From Candidatus Omnitrophota bacterium (GTDB lineage: Bacteria; Omnitrophota; Gorgyraeia; JABMRG01; JAFGKX01): a stretch of 64,000 nt of DNA. The notes beneath the pieces are model-generated. The model was not told the DNA's origin, made no database searches, and saw only the letters and a program-made list of their open reading frames with translations. The position numbers were made by a program, and so were the translations under genes. The stretch is from contig JAZDPX010000033.1 in assembly GCA_043797125.1 (NCBI GenBank), positions 34,527-98,526 on the forward strand. Direction: 5' to 3'. Each line of letters begins with the position of its first letter. Position 1 is the stretch's first letter. Positions 29,162 through 38,297 of this stretch are shown piece by piece.

Positions 29162-31204
29162 TTACAGGTAACTCGTTTCGTAAAGAAGGTCTCTTTTATT
29201 CATATATTCAACCATTTTTCTTAGGGTCTGATTCATATCAGGGCACTTAAATTGCTCATAGAGCGTGCGCAGTGTCTTTGCCTGATCCGGCGGAAGCGTA
29301 AATTTTAACTTAACGCCATGATTCCTGTACTCGGATAACTGCTTATTATAACCGTCGTGTTTCCATTTTAGAACATCGTGCTTAAACTCCAGGACATTAT
29401 CCGCGTTTAAATTTTCTAAACCTCGGGAAAAATCTATAAAAATATTTTCGCTGAACCTTCGTAAATCCTCAAACTCGCCTGATTCCACGAAAACCGCCGC
29501 TGTTTTGTGTTTGGCCAACATTGCGCCGGCGGTCTTAAACAGATAATCGCCGAAATCCTTCTTGGCTTCGAATAGAAATCTGTACGTGTACCTATAATTT
29601 AATTTGCCAAAGCCGCCCAGGGCAATGGCTTTAAAGTTTTGCGGCTTTGAATAATACTCAAAGAGTTTTTGTTTTGTATCAAACCACTCATTATACATCT
29701 CTTCAATAAAATCCTTAAATATATTACGCACGGAAACAGGCGCTGTATCCTTTTTATCGATAAGAGCAATAATAAAATCAACAGGGTTTATGCCGTTGCA
29801 TTTAAGAAAGTGGGGCAGCTCCAGATAATATTTGTAGCTCCAAAGAAATTGTATTAAAAAATGTATCGGCCTAAAATATAGAATATCCTCTTCTGTCATG
29901 GTGCTTGTATGAAGCACCATCTCTTCCTGTTCAATGGAAACAATATCCGCATATTTACCAAAACCTCCGTCTATCAGCCTGTGCTTTGTCTTAATGTCAA
30001 ATCTTTCTCTCTCTTCCGGAGTATCCAGCTCGCTTCCGCTCAGCATTCTTAGGTTGTAGCACGAAATGCCGGCAGCGCCATAATCAAAAAGCTCCCTTAA
30101 GCCTGCCAGATGCGATTCTTTTGTCTCGCCGGGCAGCCCCAATATCAGCTCAGAATATGTGCAAATACCCTTTTTATTGAAATGGCCCTGAATTTTTTTA
30201 AACGCGTCGATATTTATATTTTGCCTTTTTATATTCTTTGCAACCAGCGGATCCATTGTCTGGAATGAGCTGGTTACGCTTATCATGTCGCTTAAGGTTT
30301 CTGCTATTTTTATCATCCTGTTTGGCGTTGCCTTTGCTCCGCTAGCTGAAATGTGCCGCGGGTATCCATATTTATCTCTGATTACCCTTAAAAATTCGGC
30401 AATCTCGATATCCCTGTTAAGTATGCCGAAATTTGCGTCAGCCACATAAAGGATATCTGTCTTTTTTATCTTTTTTGTAATATATTCAATTTCCTGCTTC
30501 ACCCTTTCAAGCCCGAATGGGAAAATCCTGTTTTGGCTTGCCTTTCCCCACGCGCAATATGTGCATGAATAAGGACAGCCTCTGTTGGTTTCAATTAAAG
30601 GGATTAGGTTGAATTTGAAGAATTCATCCAATATGCCGCTAAGATAAGGGGACGGTATTTGGTCTAAATTTTCTATATATTCGTATTTCTTTGACGCAAC
30701 CACCTCATTGGCGCTTTTGTCATAAAATGAACAATTTTTCACAAAAGCCTTCTTCATCTGTGCTATGCCAGAGGACTCAAAATACCTTTTCAGTAAATTT
30801 ACAAAACCGTTTTCGCCCTGGTCAATTACGCAGAAGTCAAGGCACGGCCTTTCTTCAAAATACCTGAGGCGGTCCTGGCAATCAACAGGATAGTCAGGCC
30901 CTCCGTAAACAGTCAGTATATCCTGCGATATGGATTTAACATGGGAAATAATTCTATTATTAATATCGAGATTCCATGTATAATTACCTAAACCCACTAT
31001 GTGGGGCTTTTTTTTCTCTATGGCTTCGATCAAATCCTTTGGGAATTTAAATAATCTAACTTCTATTTTATCGCCATAAAACTTTTTAGCGTACGAAGCT
31101 ACATATCCTATATTAATAGGGAAGGTATGCGGGCCTTTAGCAGCATAGTTGTGCACCAAGTCCGCAAGGTAAATTATGCATTTTTTTCCTATAACCTTAT
31201 TCAT
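29162..31204 (-). CDS. Cobalamin-dependent radical SAM enzyme (680 aa)
   Basis: N-terminal B12-binding domain (P.NIGYVA, Y.WN, YGGP), ETNRGCPYSCTYC, DANFG, ELILGLPGET. Confidence 0.9.
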   Translation of the reverse strand: MNKVIGKKCIIYLADLVHNYAAKGPHTFPINIGYVASYAKKFYGDKIEVRLFKFPKDLIEAIEKKKPHIVGLGNYTWNLDINNRIISHVKSISQDILTVYGGPDYPVDCQDRLRYFEERPCLDFCVIDQGENGFVNLLKRYFESSGIAQMKKAFVKNCSFYDKSANEVVASKKYEYIENLDQIPSPYLSGILDEFFKFNLIPLIETNRGCPYSCTYCAWGKASQNRIFPFGLERVKQEIEYITKKIKKTDILYVADANFGILNRDIEIAEFLRVIRDKYGYPRHISASGAKATPNRMIKIAETLSDMISVTSSFQTMDPLVAKNIKRQNINIDAFKKIQGHFNKKGICTYSELILGLPGETKESHLAGLRELFDYGAAGISCYNLRMLSGSELDTPEERERFDIKTKHRLIDGGFGKYADIVSIEQEEMVLHTSTMTEEDILYFRPIHFLIQFLWSYKYYLELPHFLKCNGINPVDFIIALIDKKDTAPVSVRNIFKDFIEEMYNEWFDTKQKLFEYYSKPQNFKAIALGGFGKLNYRYTYRFLFEAKKDFGDYLFKTAGAMLAKHKTAAVFVESGEFEDLRRFSENIFIDFSRGLENLNADNVLEFKHDVLKWKHDGYNKQLSEYRNHGVKLKFTLPPDQAKTLRTLYEQFKCPDMNQTLRKMVEYMNKRDLLYETSYL

Positions 31205-31207
31205 ACA

Positions 31208-31903
31208 CTATCTTTTTAACAAAGCTTCTGCAAGTTTGAAATCCGTCATATCGTCTATCTCTATTGATCTTTCCTTAGGCATAATATAAGCGTAAGTTTG
31301 CCTGCCATAGTAACTTTTGTGCTTTTTGATATAATCTGCAAAGCCTAAAAATATAGCGCCGTTTAGTTGGAAAAATTTCGGCAAATACTGCGAATTTTTA
31401 CCTCTTACGCTTCTGGGAAGAAAATCTTTCAGGCATCCATCGGGAGGCAAAATATTCATCCACATGGGGTGGTGAAAAGCCTCGCAAATGGATATTATTG
31501 CCTTTGCCTTTTTTTTGAACAAAAATTCAACAGCATCGTCTATGTCTTTGCTCGTCCTAAAGGGACACGGAGGCTGCAATATAACCGCAATATCAAAACA
31601 TATGCCTTTTTTTTCGTAAAACTTCAGGGCGTGAACAACAACATCAAAAAGTGGCACCTCATCACCGGAAAGGTCCCGCGGTCTCATAAACGGGACTTCC
31701 GCATTATACCCGCGGGCGACTTTAGCAATCTTCGGGCTATCAGTGCTTACTATTATTTTGTCCAAATATTTGCTCTTTTTTGCCTGCTCTATGGTCCGAC
31801 CGATCAGGGGCTTACCCAATAAAGGCTTTATATTTTTATAAGGCAGCCTTTTGCTGCCGCCTCTTGCGGGAATCACGGCTAATATGCTTTTGCTCTTATA
31901 CAT
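31208..31903 (-). CDS. neuA: CMP-nonulosonate synthetase (acylneuraminate cytidylyltransferase)
   Basis: IPARGGSKRLPYKN, VSTD, LQP..PFR, NGAI, EIDD motifs. Confidence 0.92.
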   Translation of the reverse strand: MYKSKSILAVIPARGGSKRLPYKNIKPLLGKPLIGRTIEQAKKSKYLDKIIVSTDSPKIAKVARGYNAEVPFMRPRDLSGDEVPLFDVVVHALKFYEKKGICFDIAVILQPPCPFRTSKDIDDAVEFLFKKKAKAIISICEAFHHPMWMNILPPDGCLKDFLPRSVRGKNSQYLPKFFQLNGAIFLGFADYIKKHKSYYGRQTYAYIMPKERSIEIDDMTDFKLAEALLKR

Positions 31904-31918
31904 AACTTTTACCCCGGT

Positions 31919-33202
31919 TTATTTTTTCCACGCCGGCATATGAGACTTAGGCTGATATTTTTTAATCAGCATGGTCCTTTCTCTTAATAAATCTTCGGCT
32001 GACAAGGCCTTGGTCCTCACCCTTGCTTCGGCCAGCCCTTGGCCGTGAGTATGCGCTCCCAGGCCCTCTCCTAGGAATTGTAAATCAATATCCTTATTCT
32101 GATCCATGGCTTTCCTTATCGCGGTCCCCTTATAAGGATAATAGATCGCGAGCTGGAAATCATCCAGGCCAAAAATATCAATTGATTTTCGGATGAATTC
32201 CTCGGTTTCGGAAATTGTTTTATGGTCCTCGCCGGGCAGGCCCAACATCATGTACGCCTTTACTCCTATACCGTAATTTTTCGCTATTCTGATAAAATCG
32301 TAGTTTTGCTGAACGGAAGTCTTTTTGTTTATAGCGTCAAGTATTTTCTGGCTTCCTGATTCGGCGCCGAAAGCCATTTCGCAGCAACCTGCGTCTTTGA
32401 GGGCCGCGGCTAGCTTATCGTTCATAAATTTTGCGTGGGCGTTGCATCTAAACAGCAGCCCGCTTTCTTTGATAACATCCAGATAGGGTTTTATCATCGC
32501 CAGATTTATCGCAAACATATCGTCGGGAATATAAAAGGCCTCATACCCAAGCGTCTTTATGTCAGCCAATTCCCTAGCAGCCAAATCCACGCTATGCCAC
32601 CTTGTCGTAGACCTTGCGCTCGCGCAGAAGTTGCACGCCAACGGGCAACCCCTGCCGACAATCAATATGGTGGATTTTAATCCGGGCCTAAGCTCGTAGC
32701 GATGCCTTGCCAAAAAGTCTTTTCTTCCGATTCTGTCCGGCTTCGGGATAAGTTCCAGCTCTTTTCTCATCAGGATATCGTCTAAAATCCTGTCTTTAGC
32801 CTCGCCTTTTAGTATCTTCACTATGTCTCTTTCGCCGTCGCCTTTAACCATGTAATCCCAGGTCTCTTTAGCCACGTCATCGGTATAATAAGTGACGTGG
32901 GGGCCTCCGGCTATCATAACCTTTTTGGGCCACACGGACTTTACGCTGTTTAAAATGGCGGTGGCCTCTTTTCTCTGCGGGGTCATTATAGAAACACCGA
33001 TGGCATCAAAGCCCTCGAATCGCCTTAGCCCGGCATCCGTTAAATCGTAATCGTCGTCGATTTCAACCTTCACGTGCGGCAAATCCCTTTTTACTGCTGC
33101 GTCCAGATATAAAACCCCCATAGGCGCGTGGACTCTGGGGTCATCCAAATACGGGCTTTTGCAGGTTAACAGCAATATGCTTTTTAGCGGCTTGGCATTC
33201 AT
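31919..33202 (-). CDS. Cobalamin-dependent radical SAM enzyme
   Basis: PMGVLYL, IAGGPHVT, GDGE, GRGCPLACNFC, DD.F, GAESGS, LGLPGE. Confidence 0.9.
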   Translation of the reverse strand: MNAKPLKSILLLTCKSPYLDDPRVHAPMGVLYLDAAVKRDLPHVKVEIDDDYDLTDAGLRRFEGFDAIGVSIMTPQRKEATAILNSVKSVWPKKVMIAGGPHVTYYTDDVAKETWDYMVKGDGERDIVKILKGEAKDRILDDILMRKELELIPKPDRIGRKDFLARHRYELRPGLKSTILIVGRGCPLACNFCASARSTTRWHSVDLAARELADIKTLGYEAFYIPDDMFAINLAMIKPYLDVIKESGLLFRCNAHAKFMNDKLAAALKDAGCCEMAFGAESGSQKILDAINKKTSVQQNYDFIRIAKNYGIGVKAYMMLGLPGEDHKTISETEEFIRKSIDIFGLDDFQLAIYYPYKGTAIRKAMDQNKDIDLQFLGEGLGAHTHGQGLAEARVRTKALSAEDLLRERTMLIKKYQPKSHMPAWKK

Positions 33203-33218
33203 TATATGATTTCCTTTT

Positions 33219-34268
33219 TTAAGAAATCTTATCCCAGGTTATCCCTTCTTCTTCTTTTATATCAACATTTGCTTTTCTTCCGATAAGCATATCAAAAAAT
33301 TTCGGATACAGTCCGTCTCCGGATCTTTTACAGGTAATCATATCTTTTTTAAGAACGGTTCCTTTTAAGATGTTTCGGCTGGCAACGACCTTTCTCCTGC
33401 CATATAAATAAGCCCCTTTTTCTTCGGGCAGCAAAGTCCTGATATACGAACCCAGACAAACTTCCGCTTCTCTTATATTTTTTACCATCTGCTTTAGGTC
33501 TTGCGCATCAACAGATATGGCGTGGTCTGAGGTGCCGGTTAATGTTTTGTCCACTGTATAATGTTTCTCTATTAATTTGGCTCCCAAAGAAGCCGCTATA
33601 GCCGGAATATTAATTCCGAGCGTGTGGTCCGAAAATCCTATCGGATAATCCGGAAATAATTTCTGCAGGCTTCGGATAAAATTCAAATTAGCTATTTTTG
33701 CGCTAGCCGGATAGGCGACTATACAATGCAAAGGAATAAGCCGGTCGTTTCCGGATGATTTCATCGCCTCTATCGCTTCTTCTATCTCCCCGATACTGCA
33801 CATGCCTGCCGAAAAGGCAACGGGCCTGCCTTTCTTGGCCACATATTTTAAAAAAGGTATGTTTGTCAGGTCTGTTGCAGCCAGTTTATACAAAGGGATA
33901 TCGAGTTCCTCCAAAAAATCCGCATTTTCATAATCAAACGGCGTGGAAAAGAATATTATTCCCTTTTTCCTGCAATAGCCGGCTATCTGCCTAAACTCAT
34001 CCTTGGTCAATGATTTTTCCTGCTTGTATTTCTTTAACTGTGAAGTCCCGCCTTTTTTATCAACCCAAAAAAATGGCACTGTCTTTGTTACGAGCTTCTT
34101 TGGGTCATAATGCTGAAATTTGATGGCATCTGCTCTTGCCTTGAGTGCGCCGTCAACCAATTTCTTAGCAAGCTCCAAACTGCCCTCGTGGTTGCAGCCT
34201 GCTTCAGCTACGATAAAAGCAGGGCAACCTTCTCCTATAAATTTATCCGCTACTTTAATTTTTTTCAT
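33219..34268 (-). CDS. neuB: Nonulosonic acid synthase (NeuB/PseI/LegI family) with SAF domain
   Basis: FIVAEAGCNHEG, AIKFQ, STPFD, GFSDHT, IEKH. Start set at MKKIK. Confidence 0.93.
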   Translation of the reverse strand: MKKIKVADKFIGEGCPAFIVAEAGCNHEGSLELAKKLVDGALKARADAIKFQHYDPKKLVTKTVPFFWVDKKGGTSQLKKYKQEKSLTKDEFRQIAGYCRKKGIIFFSTPFDYENADFLEELDIPLYKLAATDLTNIPFLKYVAKKGRPVAFSAGMCSIGEIEEAIEAMKSSGNDRLIPLHCIVAYPASAKIANLNFIRSLQKLFPDYPIGFSDHTLGINIPAIAASLGAKLIEKHYTVDKTLTGTSDHAISVDAQDLKQMVKNIREAEVCLGSYIRTLLPEEKGAYLYGRRKVVASRNILKGTVLKKDMITCKRSGDGLYPKFFDMLIGRKANVDIKEEEGITWDKIS

Positions 34269-35259
34269 TTCTAATCTCCAATACGGCATCAATAATTCTG
34301 TCAACGCCTTCACCGTCAACTGTTTTCTGCCCCTTCCTGCTCATTCTCTCTCTCAAAGATTTGTTCAAAATAATATTTTTTATATCTGAGGCTAGTTTTT
34401 CTTCATCGTTAGAAAAATAACCATAAGTGATTACGCTTTTCCACTTTTGAAATTCTTTTAGCCTGCCATATTCTAATTCATTCTGGGCAAAGACCACTCC
34501 GGGCGTGCCTGTGGCTGCCAGCTCGCATATTGTGCGGCCGCCGGAGACAAATGCCAAATCGGAATCCAGCATCAAACTCAGCATGTCGGCGACTTTTCTA
34601 TTTATAATAAATCTCTTTGGGTTTGTCATCCGCCGCAGAAGTTTGTCTATTTTTCTCTCGCTGCCAAAACCCGGGCCTATAACAACATTAACGCGAGAGG
34701 CAAGGCCTAATTTATCCAACACCTTCATCAGTTTTAATGTTAAATTATTAACATCAGAACCGCCGAAAGATACAAGTAAATTTTTTGCGATGTTTTTAAT
34801 CTTCTTTTTCCTTAAATTCTTAAATTTAGAATCAAGGATGGCGTGTCTTGGCCCATACAGGCATTTGACATCCTTAGAATGGTATAATAAATTAATCACA
34901 ATATCTGCTTTCAGGCGGCCTTTGAAATCAGACTTATGCGATACATCTATAACCGCTGCCTTAAATTTGCCCAGCCCGTCAACAAAGTCTTCTTTTAAGT
35001 TTAATAAATCCCGCACCACGATATCCGGCTTGAATTTTTTAATAGTATTTAAAAAATATTTTGTGTCCGTTATATTGACTCTTTCAATATTATATCCGTT
35101 TAAAAGAAACCCTTCTGCGCCGCTGTCGGAATCGTGCGATATCAAAAACTTTATTTTTGGGTTAAATTTTTCTCTAAACCTTTTAGCGAGAATTACGCAA
35201 TCATACAAAGCGCCCATCCCGATATTCTTATTGCCTTCCGTAATAAACAATACCTTCAT
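34255..35259 (-). CDS. PseG/SpsG-like nucleotide-sugar hydrolase / GT28-fold protein
   Basis: EGNKNIGMG, LVSFGGSD, VIGPG, SGGRT..E..G.P, VDGEG. Start set at MKVLF. Confidence 0.82.
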   Translation of the reverse strand: MKVLFITEGNKNIGMGALYDCVILAKRFREKFNPKIKFLISHDSDSGAEGFLLNGYNIERVNITDTKYFLNTIKKFKPDIVVRDLLNLKEDFVDGLGKFKAAVIDVSHKSDFKGRLKADIVINLLYHSKDVKCLYGPRHAILDSKFKNLRKKKIKNIAKNLLVSFGGSDVNNLTLKLMKVLDKLGLASRVNVVIGPGFGSERKIDKLLRRMTNPKRFIINRKVADMLSLMLDSDLAFVSGGRTICELAATGTPGVVFAQNELEYGRLKEFQKWKSVITYGYFSNDEEKLASDIKNIILNKSLRERMSRKGQKTVDGEGVDRIIDAVLEIRNEKN

Positions 35260-35275
35260 GTTTTTCTCGGTAAAA

Positions 35276-35515
35276 TTACTTCTCTGTGCCGTCATGAAGC
35301 CAATATCTGCCTTTATTGTAAACCTTGCCAACCTTATCCTCCAACTCCGGAGAAAGCAGCCTTAAAAGCTCCTTGCCTAAAATTCGATACTGCTTGCCAA
35401 CCTTTGCGGTTCTTATAATTCCGTTCTTTATAAGACGCATTGTTGTGCTTGAACTGACCTTTAGCAGCTGCTGCGCTTCATGGGTTGTGTACACCTCGTT
35501 TGCTTTAATCTCCAC
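35276..35515 (-). CDS. Excisionase-like helix-turn-helix (HTH_17) DNA-binding protein
   Basis: YTTHEAQQLLKVSSSTTMRLIKNG.I...KVGKQYRI; GTG start with GGAG RBS. Confidence 0.88.
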   Translation of the reverse strand: MEIKANEVYTTHEAQQLLKVSSSTTMRLIKNGIIRTAKVGKQYRILGKELLRLLSPELEDKVGKVYNKGRYWLHDGTEK

Positions 35516-35516
35516 A

Positions 35517-36884
35517 TTAATCTCCTTTTTTGTTTAATAACGCCTCTACTGCCTTTAACAGGCGTTGTGAATACCGCGCGTCGTCATTGTATACGACATG
35601 CTTTATATCATCCTTAATTTTCCTTTCTGCCTTCGGGTCATTCGTAAACTCCACAAGTTTTCTGCAATCGTCAATAAAACTGCCTCTGTCGCTACTGACT
35701 ATAAAATGCATCTTTTTAATATAATTAAACTGTTCCCAGTTGCATCGCCTGCCCATAGAAGAAAAGCTGTCAGAGATATCATCATCAAAACCTATGCCTA
35801 AGCTGGGCTTGCCGTAGATGAACAATTCTACAATAATGGTTGATAACGGCGTAATCATGCAATCAATGCCGTTATATAGGCTGACATAATCCGTCATTTT
35901 CGGCATTACTGTCTTTGGCGTAAGGTTTATGTTCTTCTCTTTGGCATGCATGTACGCCTCTTTAACCGACTCGTCAAATGTCACATTCTTAAACCCAACA
36001 TCGAAAAAGGATTTCTCCTGCGGCCTTTTTTCTCTCCACGGATGCGGCCTGTAAAAAATATGCACGCCGGTTAATCGTTTATCTTCTATCGCGTCGTCCA
36101 AATTTTTGAGTAGGGCTGTCTCATTAAACCTTCTTAGCGAACCGCCAAAAAGTATCACCTTTTTATCAAACGGTAAATTATTTTTCTCTCTGAATTCGGC
36201 TCTAAGGCTTTGAAGCTTGGTCCCATGCAATGAATCAAACAGGCACTGGTATTGAGGCGCACCCAAGACAGCGATACGGCTATTCTTCATTCCTAACATT
36301 TTTCTTGCGTAATATGCGTTCTGTTCTCCCCATACACCCATGTAATCCGGTTTTATGTACAGCAAAAGCTTCGTTGTAACATGATCCCAGCCTGAAGGAA
36401 TTGCCAGGCTTTTTATCTTCAGAATCTTGGCAATTTTTACAAAATCCAGCTCTGCCTTATCTGCCCTTGTGGTGGGCACTATTATCAGCTTAGGTTTTAC
36501 GGCTTCTATCTTCTTACACAACGCAATATCAGGTTTAACTATAAATTCCACCAGGGCTCTTAAAACCTCAAAAATAGGAGGCCATGAAAGTACTATCTTG
36601 ATAATTCTCGCTAATGTCCACGTCGTATTATGAAGCAGGCGGTAGCTGCTGGAATGCCTGGAGACCCTGATTATAAAAGCAGCTCTTACTAAAACCCGAA
36701 GCCTGGCATCTTTATAGGAAAAATCATGGGGTATAACGTTCTTTTTGTTTATCGGGACGCTGACTCTGTTTTTGTCAATAAGATAATACACATTATATTT
36801 TTTCTCAAGCTCATCCAACGCGCCGCTTTTAATAAAATCTCTTATTATTAAATTGCTTACAACATAAAATACAATATTTTCCAT
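35517..36884 (-). CDS. GT-B-fold protein, CDP-glycerol glycerophosphotransferase/sialyltransferase-like
   Basis: GWDH.TTK, VWGE, G.PQY, YRPHP, STIIVE..GKP motifs. Confidence 0.55.
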   Translation of the reverse strand: MENIVFYVVSNLIIRDFIKSGALDELEKKYNVYYLIDKNRVSVPINKKNVIPHDFSYKDARLRVLVRAAFIIRVSRHSSSYRLLHNTTWTLARIIKIVLSWPPIFEVLRALVEFIVKPDIALCKKIEAVKPKLIIVPTTRADKAELDFVKIAKILKIKSLAIPSGWDHVTTKLLLYIKPDYMGVWGEQNAYYARKMLGMKNSRIAVLGAPQYQCLFDSLHGTKLQSLRAEFREKNNLPFDKKVILFGGSLRRFNETALLKNLDDAIEDKRLTGVHIFYRPHPWREKRPQEKSFFDVGFKNVTFDESVKEAYMHAKEKNINLTPKTVMPKMTDYVSLYNGIDCMITPLSTIIVELFIYGKPSLGIGFDDDISDSFSSMGRRCNWEQFNYIKKMHFIVSSDRGSFIDDCRKLVEFTNDPKAERKIKDDIKHVVYNDDARYSQRLLKAVEALLNKKGD

Positions 36885-36902
36885 AATATAGCTGTCGCCT
36901 TT

Positions 36903-38297
36903 TTAGTGCCTGACGCCCCTGAAGGTTGCGTCTTTTTCATAATAAAGTTTTCTGTGCGCCTCAATGTGTTTCTTCGCAACATGTTGGAAATGGTCTTTGA
37001 CCAAAATCTGATTAGACTCATATAATATATCGTAGAGTTCGCCCTCTTGTAATTGCGTAAAGTTGCACGCGAACAAATCGGAATTCAGGTGCTTATTTTC
37101 ATAAAAATCCTCACAGTCCTTAATAAGCCCCTTTTTAAGCGCCAGATAATACAAGGGTGAGCCGGGATAGGGCGTAACCGGTTTTAACGTGCGCAGCTCG
37201 CCATAGGTATTGTATTTTCTTAAAAATTCCACGGTCTTTGCCGCAGTCTCCCTGTTATCCCCTACATTTCCAAAAATTACATTAAGCCCGGGGTTAATAC
37301 CGCTTTTTATTGTCGCCTCTATGCCGGTTATAATCTCGTCTGTAGTCTGCATCTTGTTCATTTTATCCAAAACATCCTGGTCTAAAGATTCAATACCATA
37401 ATTTATGTACACGCATCCGGCCCTTTTTAATAATTTTAACAGGTCTAGACGCGCGACGCTTAAGCGTCCGTCAATGTCAAAATGTATGTTGAGCTTTTCT
37501 TTGATAATGCGTTCGGCAAATTCCGAGGCGCGGCGCACAGACGACATTAATAACTCATCGCGAAAACAAATGGCGTTAATGTGGTAATCCTTGATCAGCC
37601 TCTTGCACTCTTCCATCACATTATCTAAAGACCGCATGCGGTAGCCCGGCTCCATGCGGTAACAAAATGCGCACTTATGCGTGCACCCGCGGCTGGTGAT
37701 TACCGGCATTGACCTCTGGCTTCTTCCTACGGGGATGCGTATTTTAGCGACATAGTTTTCTATTGGGAATCTATCCCACGCGGGAAAAGGCACAGAATCC
37801 AAATCCTGAATCGGCTTCTGTCTTTCGGTAGTAACTATCTTGCCTGCAAATGAATATGCTAGCCCCGGGATATCTTGGCAGCTTTTATTATCAGAAAGCT
37901 TCCTGATAAGCGCAAGGAAACTCCTCTCTCCTTCTCCTAATACAATATAGTCTGCCTCAAATTTTTTAATAAAGAATTCCGGTTCCGGGGTAAACATGTA
38001 TCCGCCCAGTATTATCTTTGGCCTTTTTTTAAGCCTGTTTACAGCAGCCATCATGCGTTTGAACTGTTCATACTGCCAGTAACCCGCTATCATGCCTATG
38101 CAGACAGCGTCAAAATCATTAACCTTAAGATACTCAAAAAGCTCTTCATCGCTATGATGATACACATCCATATTTAAAAGGTGTATGTCCGCGTCATTGA
38201 ATCCGTCCTGCCTAAGCACGGAAATGAGATAACCGATGCCTAAAGGAAAATCGTTCAGCGAAGCGTCGTTATCGTAAATAAGAAATACGAGTTTCAT
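36903..38297 (-). CDS. Cobalamin-dependent radical SAM enzyme
   Basis: FPLGIGYL, ILGG, GEGE, PFPAW, TSRGCTHKCAFC, GIES, PYPGSPLY. Confidence 0.92.
   Translation of the reverse strand: MKLVFLIYDNDASLNDFPLGIGYLISVLRQDGFNDADIHLLNMDVYHHSDEELFEYLKVNDFDAVCIGMIAGYWQYEQFKRMMAAVNRLKKRPKIILGGYMFTPEPEFFIKKFEADYIVLGEGERSFLALIRKLSDNKSCQDIPGLAYSFAGKIVTTERQKPIQDLDSVPFPAWDRFPIENYVAKIRIPVGRSQRSMPVITSRGCTHKCAFCYRMEPGYRMRSLDNVMEECKRLIKDYHINAICFRDELLMSSVRRASEFAERIIKEKLNIHFDIDGRLSVARLDLLKLLKRAGCVYINYGIESLDQDVLDKMNKMQTTDEIITGIEATIKSGINPGLNVIFGNVGDNRETAAKTVEFLRKYNTYGELRTLKPVTPYPGSPLYYLALKKGLIKDCEDFYENKHLNSDLFACNFTQLQEGELYDILYESNQILVKDHFQHVAKKHIEAHRKLYYEKDATFRGVRH

Noticed and set aside
34505-35365. 286-aa plus-strand ORF, and other long plus-strand ORFs such as 24273..25031, 49539..50195, 40840..41442 and 19180..19752
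   Set aside because: They lie antisense to well-supported minus-strand genes, show no family motifs, and have the Ser/Ile/Phe-rich composition of shadow frames.
35276-35515. Prophage or integrative element signalled by the excisionase-like gene
   Set aside because: No integrase, att-like repeat, tRNA or phage gene is present in the window.
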